From Eledone cirrhosa (Eukaryota): a stretch of 64,000 nt of DNA. The first letter of the stretch is position 1; every line of letters starts with the position of its first letter. Shown here piece by piece: positions 12,941 through 29,430 of this stretch. Made by a program: the position numbers and the translations under genes. Below the pieces are notes generated by a model. The model saw only the letters and a program-made list of their open reading frames with translations, searched no databases and had not been told where the DNA came from. Location: positions 268,460,001 through 268,524,000 of the forward strand of contig OZ024742.1 in NCBI GenBank assembly GCA_964016885.1. The letters run 5' to 3'.

Positions 12941-13419
12941 AATTAGAATAGCCGAATGATTTCCAACTACCGTATATGGAAAATTATGTAAATAAAAGTA
13001 AAATGATTAAACAAAAAATCTGAAGGTATTAATAATAGTAAAAGTAATAATAATGAGAATATTAACGTTAGTGTTATGGGATTTAGGCTCGTACATAAAT
13101 ATGCGTTGAAAGGTGTGGAAGCATTCGTAAGCGAGGATTTATTGTATAAAAACATGCATACTTTTACAGATTTACACGTGTGCATGTACACATGTAAGGA
13201 CATGTCAATAGTTAAATGAAGAAGGTGTGAGTGTAGAGAACTTTGAAGCTATGTATCGTAAATCTAGACAGCGGCGACATGAATGTGAAGGTTATGCGTA
13301 CGTTGAATAGTGAGAGAGGTCACGGGCTCTACTCATGTAAAAAGAGGTCTAGTAAGGGAGAGTGATACCTGCATCGAACAGGTGACCTCTTATATATATA
13401 TATATATATATATATACTT

Positions 13420-13617
<198 letters not shown>

Positions 13618-13629
13618 TAGTGTTGTAGT

Positions 13630-15900
13630 TTGCTTGTAGCATTGTCGAACTTGAAATATAAATTTAAATAATTTTAAAAACCATACAATGCATTAGAAAA
13701 TTAAAGATGCCCAGATAACGATAGAATCTTACCCATTATCTAAGGAGTGTCTCTATGAAAGTCTTAACAGACCCATTCGGAGATGAGTTGCTTTTAGTAT
13801 GTCAGAATTTAATTTAAATATGATGAAATACATATATATATATAATATAATGAAGCAAATAAGAAAAAGTTTCAAAATAAATTTTAAAAAATTCACTGTA
13901 CTTACTATGTTTACCTTTACCAAATCGGTTCCGAGTCTCAAAAATAAATGTAAAGTCCCTGCGGGTTTCCATTGAAAAGATAAACTCTCGTCAGAAGGTT
14001 CTTTTAACTCGGAGAATATAACATTCCCGAGTTCAAATTACGAACTGCCGCTATTCAAAATTGTTCTCGAGATGAGAATGAATGATGTGGAAGCAATTCT
14101 GTCCAGTCCCGTGTGTAAAGATAGAAGCAGAGGCAGGGAGGTCAGTCTACTACTACTATAAATAGCAGCAGTCAAAATGACCAGATTTCATCTCAACCAG
14201 AGGAAGATTAATAATAATAAAGTATCCCTGCACACAAAAAACGAATAGGAACTCATGTACTATCCAACCATTTGCCAATGTGGTTCAATGGCAGGTTAAT
14301 AAATTAACGAGCTAGAACATATATAATCAAGATTTAGCAAATAAGAAAAAAGTTTCAAAATAAATTTCAAAACAAAAAATATATATATATATATATGTGT
14401 GTGTAGATAAATCTACCAAATATCCGTATGAAGAACTAAATGTAATCCAAATATAAAAGATATCATGAAAAGAGAAGATGCATTCACAAATTTACGATAA
14501 TAGACATAGCAAAACAGAGTCAAGATAAATTAATAAAAACAATGAAATAAAAACAAAGAACAAGTTCCTTATATTTAAAAAAATCATCATTTTACGATCG
14601 TTTCTGGGATGTATATGTGTGTTGGTATGTATATCATGTTTAAGATCTATGTAAGAATACTACAAATTATCAGAGGAAATATACATATCTTCACATATAC
14701 ATGCCGTCCTCAGAAATAATGAGATGTGTTTATTGAAAAAAACAAACAATTGATATAAAGAGTCTGTTTGGGAACAGGTTTTGAATTGACCAATAGAAAT
14801 GAGTTGGAGGTCAAGTTGATAGAATAACAGTAGTAGAAATTAAATCTAGGAGTGGAGGAGTGCCGATTTATGCTTTGAATGAAAAGAATACTATGGGGAG
14901 GAGAAAGGTGGGGATTAAAATGAGGTCAAATCAAGAAGATAATGAAGTGTACACGAAAATTTGATGTTATTAAAGAATGTTGTTACAAACGAAGGAAAAA
15001 AAATATGGGATAAGGGTATTAGTGAGAAATACCAATCTTATATAAACTACAAGGAATCTAGATTCATAACAGGACATTTAATTAATTCATAGGTATACTT
15101 ACAGGGATAAAATTATATTAATTCATATGAATGTGATAAATAAAGAAGTAAAAAATTAAAGCAATAAAAAATATATATATGGAAAAACTGAGATAGATAA
15201 AAATGTTTATAAAGAGTATTGTATCTATATGGACATTGATGATATTAAAGATATTAATTATAATTAATAATCATAGCTATTAAATGTGTTAAATAGGGGA
15301 TGCGAGTAAATGCAGTAGTGAGGTTAAAAATAATTTTAGGAAAAGAGAGCTGTAAGAGGGAAATACAATTATGAAATTCTCTGTACTAAAATACTAATTG
15401 TAGGTTAACTAAATTTAAAAAATCAATTATAATAATTCGTAAAATATAAGAGTAAGGTATATATATTAATTAAGTTTATAATATTGGAAGGTTTTTCTAA
15501 TTCTATGATTGTAAGATATAATTAATTCCTGTCGCTTATTTAATAGGATATCCTTAGATTTCATCATTTCAAAAGGTTCTTGGGAGCATAACCTACACTC
15601 ATATCTGCTATTTTGATAAGGGGTGGCCCTTTTAAGCACGGTTCTGGTCAGGTTATAATCAATGTTCTTCTTTCTACAATTATTAATTGCTTCGGCCAAG
15701 GATGTTGTATTAGCTAAAGCGGCATCTTTAAAACTATGTTTATGGGTATTAAATCTTACTTTAAATTGGTTAGACATAGCTCCTATATATGAATGAGTGG
15801 ATATCTTACTGCTAATTTTACATTTATAGACTATGTTATTAAAAAAACAATTTCCCTTTAATGGGCCTGTTATTTCTAGTAAACGAGAAACCCACACAAA
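13630..15900 (-). pseudogene. Penelope-like element 3' remnant (GIY-YIG domain + long AT-rich 3' region)
   Basis: ORF 15466-15897: PLKGNC..NIVYKC..SYIG..FK.RF..HK.SF..CRLC..E..LLNKRQE. The extent of the 3' region is approximate. Confidence 0.75.
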
Positions 15901-16186
15901 TTATTAACCTTGGACTTGAGTAAATTCCAATAATATCAATAGCTATATTTACTCATATTTTAAGGTGGTAATCAACAGAAATTGTGTATCTTCAAATACA
16001 TTCAGGATACGAATCTGTTTGTCAATATTTAGAAAGGATGACTTGCGATTACGATAAAACATTCATATTTCCAATCCGCTTCTGCAAACATAACTTAATG
16101 CATATGATTCCCTATAGATATGTAATACATAATATCACACGTCTTCAGATTTTGTGCCTTTTCATCCCCATATGTGTGCATATATA

Positions 16187-16679
16187 TGATAAAAAGAACG
16201 AGGTGTTACATCTTCATTTCATTTATTGACGTGGTACGCACCCTTCGCGACTGATGCGCTCAGGGTTCGATCTGTATGATTCCATAGTCGGGCTCGATCC
16301 ATATAGAACAAACCTTGAATTGATCAATCGCGAAACGCGCGTCACACCACAATAAATGTAATGAAGATCTAACACCTCATTCTTTTTATAATTATTATGA
16401 CGCTCTGGTTGGTATATCACCAAAATACCTACTGGAATCTCGGCATCGAGTGCTCACAATTGTTGAGGGATTACAACGTCCACTTACTGTAGTTTCATAA
16501 AGGGACATAATAATAATAAAAAGGATAAAGTTTTAGATCTTCATTACATTTATTGAGATGTGACGGGCATTTCGCGATTGATTATTTCAAGGTTCCATCT
16601 GTATTGATCAAGCCCGACTCTGGAATCATACAGATCGAACCGTGAGCTCATCAATCGCTAAATGTGCGTAATACCTCAA
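16187..16679. repeat. Two inverted copies of a ~200-bp self-complementary MITE-like element
   Basis: 16190-16390 has long terminal inverted repeats (gaggtgttacatcttcatt...aatgaagatctaacacctc). 16520-16679 is a reverse-orientation copy. Confidence 0.7.
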
Positions 16680-16830
16680 TCTAAACTATAATAAAGTAAA
16701 GAGTGCGGGACTGCATCCAGAATATTTTTTTTAATCCCGTTTGTAAAATAATTTTGATTACTTTGAATAAATAATGAATGAATATTACATAATGTATGTA
16801 CTAAATTTCGTAACTAAATTTCGTATTTAT
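16680..16830 (+). mobile_element. Helitron 5' terminus fragment
   Basis: A|TCtaaactataata..aagagtgcggg... matches the minus-strand start of the Helitron at 49357. Confidence 0.65.
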
Positions 16831-17961
16831 AAATAATTTAAAATTGACTACTTTTCAAAGTTACAAATTTCAACGCTTCCGGTATATCGTCGCCACCACC
16901 ACCACTTCAACTGCCATATATATAGAAAGAATGAGTTTGAGATGAGAGAAATAGAGTGATTATGACTTTCTACACGCTAACGCGTATGATTGTGCACATA
17001 CATACATCTATATGTATGATTATATAACTATATTCGCGCAAACAAACTAATAAAAATACACCCTCACGGACTTACATTCAGATAAATACACATACTTTCA
17101 CACAAAAACATTCATACAAACACACATTCACACATACGTTTACACAACCACACACATACAGTCATGATAGCGTTCGGTGAATTGGAAACGGAAGGGTAAA
17201 ACTAGTATAACGTTTATTTATTTATTAACAGCACAGTTTAACTCTATTTTTTTTAAAAACTCATTTGTATAAAATTTAATATATTGGTTACAGAACGAAA
17301 ACACTAACTACTATGATATATACAAAGGAAAGGGAAAGAGTGGAAAAATTAGCCACTACCAGAGCAAAAGAAAACAATATAGCGAGGAGCCCTGGAAATC
17401 CTCTCTAATAATTTTTGAGGCAAGCCAGCACTCTTGCAGCGTTACCTGGGGTGATAGCAAGGGTGAGGTGCTGGAACAACCAAGCGCCCTCACGAGCATC
17501 ACCAGTTATCTCATTTGTATAAAATATTAATATAATGCTTACAGAACGAAAACACAAACAAATATAATGTATACAAAGCAAAGAAAACAAAAAAAAAAGA
17601 AAGAGAAAAAATACGCATGCCCGTAATGGAAACATCTAAAGCCATATAGACTGCATAATGTAGTTAGCTAACAGAACAGCGTAGCAAAAGTGTCACTAAC
17701 TGTGACGTCCCATTCACACATACTTTCACACAAACACATGCATACATTCATACATACTTTCACACAAACACATAAATACATTTACACAAACACACATACG
17801 GTCATACAGTCATGATAGTGTTCGGTGAATTGGAAATGGGAGGGTAAAAGTACAACTTTTATTTATCTATTACCACACAGTTTAACTCTTTTTTTTAAAA
17901 ACTCATTTGTATAAAAATTTAATATAATGATTACAGAAAAAACGGTAACAAATATTATATA

Positions 17962-19649
<1,688 letters not shown>

Positions 19650-19699
19650 TACAAAGTAAAAGAAAGGAAACAAGAAATAGAAAAAATGCACAAGCACGT

Positions 19700-20130
19700 A
19701 ATACCCACCACTTAGACCCCATACAACAATATGCAGGCGAAAGAATGAAAAAACGAGACGCTACCAGAGCAAAATATAGCAATGTAGCGAGGAGCACTGA
19801 GAAACCTCTCTAATAATTTTAGAGGCAAGCCAGCACGCTCGCAGATTTACCTTGGGTAATGGCGAGGCTGAGTTGCTGGAACAACCAAGTGCCCTCATGA
19901 GCATCACCAGTTACCTCTGTTTGGCAAGCCGCCAGTGAACATAAGAACCTCGCTGTCAGTAGCACGACTCCACCAAACGTCTCGAACGTCACAGGCTAGA
20001 TAATGTGACAGAACACGGATTTTACGATTTGGTTCCTTTCACCTGCGGATAATGTAGCTCTAGCTCTTACTGCTGCATCCAGGATGTGGGAAGAAGCAAA
20101 ATAGTCACTAACGGTGACATACCAAGTAAG
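19700..20130 (-). pseudogene. CRE-like retrotransposon 3' fragment (duplicated at approx. 17330-17520)
   Basis: Paralog ORF 17405-17635 encodes EITGDAREGAWLFQHLTLAITPGNAARVLACL. 19800-19915 is homologous. Confidence 0.6.
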
Positions 20131-20409
20131 GAACCTGCCTATTGACCAAGAGCACAAAGTAAGTCCGTCAAGTTTCTATCAATTCTGGACAACCCAGACG
20201 GTTCCAAAACTAAGGAGATGTTTGCGCGGGCCAAAGCTCTTGAGTGGTAATAGGACACTGTGTGTATGTGCACGCGCGAGTTTGTCGGTGTTCTTAAATT
20301 AGAGATATGTGTGTGTGTCATTATTTTTAAGTTAGAGACATATATGTGTGTATCACTTTCATTCCTTTTACACACACATACATTCACACGAACACACATA
20401 CACATTGTG

Positions 20410-21060
20410 TGATGGACGGGTGGACAGAAGTCCCTCAAATTTATATGTATGTAAATGGAGTTTTACTGAAGCAGTTAGAGAAGTTCAAGTACCTTGGAAC
20501 CGTGGTCATAAGTGATGGGATGCAGGAGGTTGAATTAAGTGTAAGTATTGGAAAAGCTGATGGAGTAATGCGCCTGCCTCGGCATTCAGCAATCAGAAGA
20601 AGGGGTTAGGTGTAAAAGCCAAACTCGCTGTCTTTCTGGTATTCCTGCCAACTCTTACTGAGGATCATGAATCTTGAGTAATAACAAAAATAATACAATT
20701 GCCAATAAAAGCGGCAGAAATGGGATTCCTCCGAAGGGTCTTTGGAGTAACGTTACTCGATAACGTACCAGAGATTCACGCCTGGTAGAGCAGCTACTTC
20801 TCCGAAATGAGAGATCACAACCCCGATATTATTAGCATGGGTTAGAATATCTCAGTAAAGAATCGCTGGACACATTTTACAGGCAAAAACCAACCGTCAA
20901 GAGACCCTGAGGTAGACCCTGAGCAGGATAGTTGGATAACATCCATGAGTTTGGCTGGTCACGCTGTGTGATCCAGCTGCATCAGTGTGAGATGGAAGGA
21001 GTGTTTGAGAAGGACATCGATTGCGCAGGGCTTACCTTGCCTTCAAACCCCCTCACGACC
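20410..21060 (+). pseudogene. RTE-type LINE 3' fragment
   Basis: VNGVLLKQLEKFKYLG, AAEMGFLRRV and RP.GRP motifs in broken frames. Confidence 0.75.
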
Positions 21061-21753
21061 CGGGTGGGTAGACAATGGCTGTAACATCCTTCTTTCCCCA
21101 CTTGCCGAACAATTTAGGGGAAATCACAACATACATAAATATATGTAATTCTGTTTCTTTTTTCATTTATCTCTTCTCCTCACTTCCTAACACTCCCTCT
21201 CCTCTTGCTTTTCCTTTTTCCTCTTTCGCTTACCCGGAGGCATCCTATCGGGCTTTTGTAATCTCAGTACCCCCACCCCCGTGAATTCTATATAACATTG
21301 ACTGAAGACGCAACATCAGCTAAAAATGTAGCAGCTGTTTTAAACTCTAGTTTTTTTTTTAATTTTAGTATTCTCCCTTTTTAGATTACTGTATAATTCT
21401 AATTTCGCTTGCTTTCTAGCTAGCCTACTTCATTCACACTCCTTCCAATTTGTTGTATAGAATTTACTTTTAACGCTTGACCGACTTCACCAACTTCCTC
21501 TTTGTTCTACAGGCATGTTCAGACACACCCCGCCCTTACCCACCACCACGAAAGATTTAACTTTGTTTACAAGAAATTTCGACCAATACTTTGATAAACT
21601 ACAAACTTCAGAAATGCATGATTATCGCATGCCCATATATGGGATTACCCCTTGAAAGTTCGGCTATATCCTTACCACACTAAAAATTTAATTTAGTCCA
21701 GATACAGACGTCGAAACGTCTTGAACTATGTCATGGGGTTCCTGAACCTTTCC

Positions 21754-22706
<953 letters not shown>

Positions 22707-23513
22707 ATATTGTTTATACATATATAAGTTTAAATTTGGTGGTCCACCACTGGGTAGAATTGCCCAATCTTTAATAATAACCATGATGTAATATGAGGAA
22801 AGCACATGGAGTTATGCAACTCATCCACCATTGGTGTTGAATCATATTGGTGGTGCGAAACCGGAATCAAATCTACTATATAAATGGTAATTTGTGTCTG
22901 CTTCTGTGTTACCTATTGGCGAATAAACCTTTGAGTAGATCATGATGAAATTTTACACACAGGTTAAGCTAATAGTCTGAAACAGGGAATATGACTGGCT
23001 AGTTGGAATATGACTGAATAATGGAACCCCTGGGGACATTAAACGTTCCCTGCTACTACACCCCTTTCTCCTCCCACAACTCAGTCCTCCAAAACGAGGC
23101 AACAACTTGTTTGTTTTCTTTTCTTTATTCTCTAGAAAAAGAGAGAGAGGGGACGAGATAGAGGAGATAAGAGAGAAAGAGTGGGGATGAGAGAGAGACA
23201 TAATAAGAGAGAAAGAAAGGGGGGATGAGAGAGGGAGAGGAAAAGAGAGGGAGATGGGGGTTAGGAAAGAGGGAGAAAGAAAACAGAAAAATGATAACTA
23301 ACATTTCTTTTAAACGCTTCTTAACTAACTCCTTTTTTTAACGTTACCACTCTTTCTCTCTCTCTTTGACAAAAGTCGTAATGGGACTGCGTGTGTGTGT
23401 GTGTGCACGTGTGTGTGTGTGTGTCTAGGCGTTCTTAAATAAGAGACAAGTGTGTGGGTGTGTTTATCACCGTACTTAAGTTAGAGGCATATATATATGC
23501 CAGTCTCCTGTCT

Positions 23514-23558
<45 letters not shown>

Positions 23559-24150
23559 GCAAAAAGTAAACGTTGTATGTGACAATTCCATCTACTAGAA
23601 ATATTAGCAAAATCCATTTCAAATCACAGCGAACATTCCTACACACATACACACATACACATGCATATATGTGTATGTATGTCATGAAGCCACTATGACT
23701 GTTGGTGTCTCTAAAAGAAATAGAAAACAAATCTCCCTCAAACAAAATCCTATTGCTATAGAGGGAAAAGTTGGTGATATATATGTATATATATACATAT
23801 ATATATTTATATATATATATATATATATACATTGATTATTTGAGGGATATTACGACTCTGGTTGGATATACCTGTCGCCCGGGATTTCTGTTATGGTCAT
23901 TCTTCCCCAGATGTTTCAGTCCTGGATGACAGGACACGCGCACCAGGACTGAACAAAGTCTGATTCACCCTCTTGGGTCCTATTCCTCTCTTGGACTCAA
24001 CTCACCTCCCCAATTTTTCTAATACCCCGTCCACTATCACACCCCTAGATTCCTATCGCTTCCTCTTTGCTAATAGCTTCGTACTTACATGCACACACAC
24101 TCATTTACACACGCATTTCTTCTTAGCTTCGTACGGATATACAATAACAC

Positions 24151-24189
<39 letters not shown>

Positions 24190-24422
24190 AACCCATGCTT
24201 ACGCACGTGCTCAAGTATAGCTCTTTTTTACAAAACGTTTTTTTTACTTTTCAGGTAGACGGGCGTCATCATCCACTTTTCTAAAAAAAAATCATACACA
24301 AAACGCCAGCACCAAGAGTTTTGCAAGAGATCTCAACATGAATGGACCTATTATTTTTATCTAAAGACATGTTTTCGAATCCCATCCCACCCGTCCCCTT
24401 AATCTATTTTATTTCTCATTCT

Positions 24423-24458
24423 TTCTTCTGATAAAGGACTGCGTCCGAAACGTTAAGA
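24423..24458 (+). ncRNA. Minimal PLE-type hammerhead with one core substitution
   Basis: tctt-CTGATAA-a-GGAC tgc GTCC-GAAAC-GTT-aaga. G8 is replaced by A, so it is probably inactive. Confidence 0.55.
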
Positions 24459-24544
24459 CCCTCTTCCTGCTATATAATGCGTTAACCTAATATATACCTT
24501 CCATATATTGTACCGATTGTTTTGTTATTTCTGTTTCCCTTTTA

Positions 24545-24574
<30 letters not shown>

Positions 24575-24577
<3 letters not shown>

Positions 24578-27500
24578 CGTTTTTGAATTTGTTTAGCAAG
24601 ATTCTTTATCTGAAAACGTGTGTTGAAACCGATATTGTTATACTTTGGGAGGGTCATGTTGCCAATAAGAAACACACGCAGCAGTTGCTTTCACTCCAAT
24701 TTATTATCGATTAAATTATAAATTAAAAAAAATATATAAATTTCCGGTTGGTTGGTTGCTTCCACAACCGGATTGTCAAAGTTCTTTCGTCACAAATTCT
24801 GTGACCTCATCCATGGCCGGGGATTCTTTTCTTTGTTTTGTGCCTCTCCTTCGTTCTGTCCTACGCCATCTTGTTGTTGTGAGTGTTGGGTACTTAGTTT
24901 GCGCATGTGTTACATCCGGGTGTCTGTGTGTGTTTTTATTTGTTTATTTATTTGTTTATTTACATGTCACTAGTTGGTTGTTTATTCTATGTGTGTGTGT
25001 TTTCATTTTGTCCTTAATTGTAAGTTGTGATCTTGCTATTCCATTCATGTTTTTTATTTAATTTTGGTTGAAGTTCATTTATGTTTATTGCCTCTGTGAT
25101 TTGTCTAAATATTGCGTCATTTCTATGTATAGATTTTATTTTTATTTCTATGTTCTCTAATTTGCCCTTATGTTCTATTTTAGCATGTTGGTGGAGTACT
25201 GATGAATCTTTTCTATCTTAAAACTCTAGCCAGTGTTCATTTAATCGTTCTCCTATACTACGAGCTGCCTCACCTATGTACATTATGTTCTTATCTTTAC
25301 ATTGTCCCTCAGTACATCTTATGCTATATATATGTTTCTAGTTTTGCAGTAGATATAGGGACTTAGTTTACAGATTATACATTTCTTATCTATACAGGGA
25401 GGTCTTGAAAAGGGTATGTATTAGTAATAAGTGTTTTTATGAAGGTACCTGGTCTTTCTACTATCTTAATATTTAGTTTAAGTTTATCTAGGGCCCTTCT
25501 AAATTTGTAAGCTAGTTCACCTATAGGGGTTATATTAATGAACATTACACTCTGGTATTTATTGCTATCATACCATGAGTGTATTCTATTAACCTTATTC
25601 CTAGTTGTTCCTATTCTATTCCAAAAATTGCTCCTATACAAGGGGCAGGTCCAATTTGTATCATTATTTACCATTTTTTTCCCATTTGGTTCTGGCTCCG
25701 CTATATACTCTGATTGTATTTCTCTGATTGTAACCAGAGACTGCATACGGTGGATGACGTGTTGTATGTGTCTGTCTAGTTCTTTGGGGTTGCACATGCG
25801 GGACACGTTCCTCATCAACCGTACTAAATCCGCAATCAGTATGTTGATTTTGGTGTGATCCGAAACAGCTGAATTTCGGTGGATCAGGTATTTGGAAGTC
25901 ATGGGTTTGGCATAATGGGAATGGAGGATTTGTTTTTTGTCATTAATGGTTTCTAACCAGAGCTCTGAGTCTAGTACCGGTAATCGATGGTTGGTCTGTT
26001 TACTAGGGTAGTCTATAGTAACTTTAATACTCTGGTGGATGGAGTTAGCTATGTGCTGGATGGTTTCCATGGTGTTTTTCTCTAATTCCTGACTGTTCTC
26101 TAGTGGGGGTGTTTTACTACGATGTTTATAGCATCAATGTAGCGGGAGTACATAAGGAGGGTTAAGAAGTTGTTGTCTTCTAATTGTTCTTTAAGTTTAT
26201 TGTCCCACCATACCATGAATATATTTGATATGTCACCTGCAATGCTAACACCAATGGTTGCTCCCTCTTCTTGGGCATATGTTTTTCCATTAAATTTGAA
26301 CATATGTTCCTTATGGGTTAGTTTTATACTGGCACCCACCGCATGTGCAATCATTTTCGATGTTCATCATGGATTTCGGGGGTCCGTATGACTCTGGTCC
26401 ATGCATTGCATCTTTCCGTGTGGGTTTTGTTGGCCATTGAGGTAATGGTAAGTGGTCTGCCTCTTGCTGGCCTTGTGGAGAAGAGGTTGCTAAGGTCATA
26501 CGTATCTAGATAATTATTATTGTATGTATGTTTAAGTAGAAATCCCAGCTCACTGATATCACTCCCACGGAATTCAACATTGCTCTCAATGATCATTGGC
26601 ACGCATTACTCCACAGCAAAGTCCCCGTCAATCGATGGGAATAGGGACACTACATCCATACTACCTATTATACAGTCTGATAGTTCACTAGACAGGTTAT
26701 TTTCGCTGATTCTGCTGAGGAGGTCCTCCGTGCTGTCACATATGTCCGCGAACATTTCCATGATGGGGCGTACGATCAGGGAGAGGAAGTAGGAAAGTCT
26801 GTAGTTGCTAGCAATGTTATCTCCACAGACTGGTCGTGTTGGTGGTCCTGTGACTGGGTCACTCTTCGTCTTATGGACTTCTCGTCACTGTTCCAGGCCT
26901 GGAAGTTGTTGGCAATCCGTTTATTGGGCTGTATTATGTTTGTCCACATCATCATATGAGCGTTGATGGTTTTCACCCTATCCTCATGCTCTTGTGGTCT
27001 TACTTCTCTTGTGTTAGTGATGTGGGGTTGCATTGCCTGGATGTAGTTTGACAGACTGTCAACCGACATTCTGCCAGACTTGTCTGTTGGAAAGCATGCA
27101 ATCCCTCCATTACGTGAGCGCTGCATGAGCTTACCCAAGCCATTTGCAGATTTTTCTCCCAGCGGCTTGTTACTATACTGTTCTATAATATTTCTAAGTT
27201 TAGATCTAGCTATATAAAATTGTGCTTCTGTTGGTTCATCGAACTGTGATGGCAATTGCGTGCGTTTGTTAAAAGTTAAAGTCGTGGCGTGGACTCATCG
27301 TAAGTCGAAGGATATATCAGAAGGGTTATAAAAAGTGGAATTCCAGGTTGCGTTGTGTGTTCTATTGCTATTGTTAATTGTGTTGTTGTTTCTATTTCTA
27401 TTTCCACCAACAGCCTCTTGGTTGTTTCTCTGTCTCTCATTATTATTCCCGTCCCTTCCTTCTGACTCCTTGTTATTATCTACTCTATTTTGTGCATCTG

Positions 27501-27780
27501 TGTGTTCGTCCTGGTTATTTCTCCTGCCATTGGCATTGGTCTTACCTCTCTTGTTTGTCTCTCATTGTTACTCCTATCTCTTCCCTCTGGCTCATTGTTA
27601 TTATCTAATCTATTTTTCTGTGTGTGTGTGTTCGTCCTGGATATTTTCTCTGTCATTGTCATTAGTCCCCCTACTTCTCTCATAGCCATTACAGTCCCTT
27701 ACTTCTGTGTTACTGTCATTATGTATTTTCTGTGTCTGTGTGTCTGTTAAGATTATGGTGGTGGTGAGAGGCTTAGAATG
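24575..27780 (-). pseudogene. Near-complete, decayed Penelope-like element (RT + GIY-YIG + 3' pseudo-LTR)
   Basis: PTDKSG, EGATIGVSIAG, YSRYIDA and HYAKPM..LIH.NSA motifs. Manual translation of approx. 25040-25330 gives YSIRC..MYIGEAARSIGERLNEH...RQITEAININ...LNKKHEW (GIY-YIG). The 3' end abuts (TA)n. Confidence 0.9.
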
Positions 27781-28135
27781 TGTGTGTGTTTAATAAACGC
27801 ACTCAATTGCCGTCACACACACGCCTCAACAAGTAAAACTAACTTGGAAGACGGACGACGGAGTGTAACACACACAGACACACACACGCGCCACTCGAAC
27901 CAGAAGACAGATCCCATGGCTCTATTGCAGTCACCGTGAGCGTTTTATTTTGATGCTACTCGATGCACAACTTTGCGGGTCGTTGGCGGAACCTCCCAAC
28001 TGGCCGAAGACAGAATTCGTGAAACTGGGCGCGGCGGACTGGTGGGTAGCAGAAGCAGCGGCGGCGGAACTCGTAAAACTTGTCCGTTGGCGGACAATGG
28101 ATCGGCGGCATGCAACGCATGGAGCGGACTTGTAC

Positions 28136-28203
<68 letters not shown>

Positions 28204-28424
28204 GCGTGTGCGCGCGCGCGCGCGTGTGTGTGTGAGTGTGTCGTTGTTTCGCAATGTCGATGAAAGAAAGCCGCGTCAGTGTTCGGACCCCGTAGCTATC
28301 TCTCTCGTTGATTCATTCGTTCGTTCCAATTTCTTCCGCAGTCCACCGCCGCGCTGCCATATTTCGACATTTTTTTTTCTCTCGACTCGTATTTTTTCTC
28401 GTTGGCAACCGCCGCCTCGAGGAG

Positions 28425-29088
28425 CGGATTGAGTCGTTCGTGAGAAGAGACTCAATTGATCGCAGTGTGGTAGCTACTCTACTAAGTACCTCACTCCGAA
28501 CGGAAAGGCGAGCCGTATACAAGCGATCCTTTTCGGCTCAATCTCTTTCGACAAATCGAATGGACGATTCGCGTCGTCACATAATGGCAATTCCACTGAC
28601 GCTGCTGCTAACGACGACGCGCACCCCGAAAAGGGGAGCGTCTTCGCCAAACGAAGTCATGCCCCTTAAGAAGGTTGAGACGCTTTCGAAAAACAACTCA
28701 GTCCGGCTACGTTCCGGCTTAGAGGCGTTCAGCTGTTATCGTTCAGAGGCAGCCTGGCACCACCACCACTCTATCGAGCGAGCGCGCAAACCGTTGTTCT
28801 GATCCCGCAGTTTCTCTCGTACTGGACGGGATAGCCGTCGCCGAGTTGAGGTTGCCGGCGTCGACGCCGGCCGCAACCCCCTTACAGAAGATGGCTGCAG
28901 ACGCCACCGCCGCCGCCTACACGCAATATATCGGTGGGATAAAACTAACCTGTCTCACAACGGTCTAACCTAGCTCACGTTCCCTGTTAGTGGGTGAACG
29001 ATCCAACGCTTTGCGAATTCTGCTTCGCAATGATAGGAAGAGCAGATATCGAAGGATCAAAAAGCGACGTCGCTGCGAAAGCTTGGCC

Positions 29089-29131
<43 letters not shown>

Positions 29132-29430
29132 CCGCGAACGCATATCTCGCCGCTATTCGGAATGGATCGATGGGCCACGCTTTCGCGGTCCGTATTCGTA
29201 CTGAAAATGTAGATCGAGCGAGCTTTCGCCCTTTTGCTCAACGTGTGGTGAACGTCCACGCTGAGCTCGCCTTGGGACACCTGCGTTACCCTTTGACAGA
29301 CGTACCGTCCCAGTAAAACTCTCCGACCGACACTGTTCTCGACTAAGGGTCACATCGGCTACGTCGGCGCACAACGTGTGCGCGCCGACATACACCGCAC
29401 GCTACGCACCAGATAAATGAACTTCCGCTC
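28425..29430 (-). pseudogene. 28S (LSU) rRNA 3' fragment, pseudogene
   Basis: Antisense peptidyl-transferase-centre sequence (cacaagccagttatccctgtggtaac, gaaggatcaaaaagcgacgtcgc), a sarcin-ricin-loop-like AGTACGAGAG near 28812-28823 and a 3'-terminal motif tcaattgatcgcag. Substitutions occur at normally conserved sites and the 5' part of the gene is absent. Confidence 0.9.

Noticed and set aside
21295-21340. ctgaagacgc...gc motif (also ctgaaga...gaaac near 41278)
   Set aside because: Too degenerate. GAAA or stems I and III cannot be formed convincingly.
24609-24635. ctgaaaacgtgtgttgaaaccgata as an antisense hammerhead in the PLE terminus
   Set aside because: The copies at approx. 8485, 24609 and 42166 all lack the GA of CUGANGA, and stem I does not form.
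25195-25240. ctgatga (and ctgacga on the minus strand near 42800) as a hammerhead
   Set aside because: The region encodes the GIY-YIG domain (EH...DSSVLHQH) and has no valid stems.
27931-29395. GC-rich ORFs of 70-164 aa
   Set aside because: They overlap the 28S rRNA fragment and spacer and are spurious rDNA ORFs.
28425-29430. Functional rRNA gene or R2 insertion site
   Set aside because: Only the 3' ~1 kb is present, with substitutions at conserved positions. The R2 target (TTAAGG/TAGCCA) is not within the fragment.
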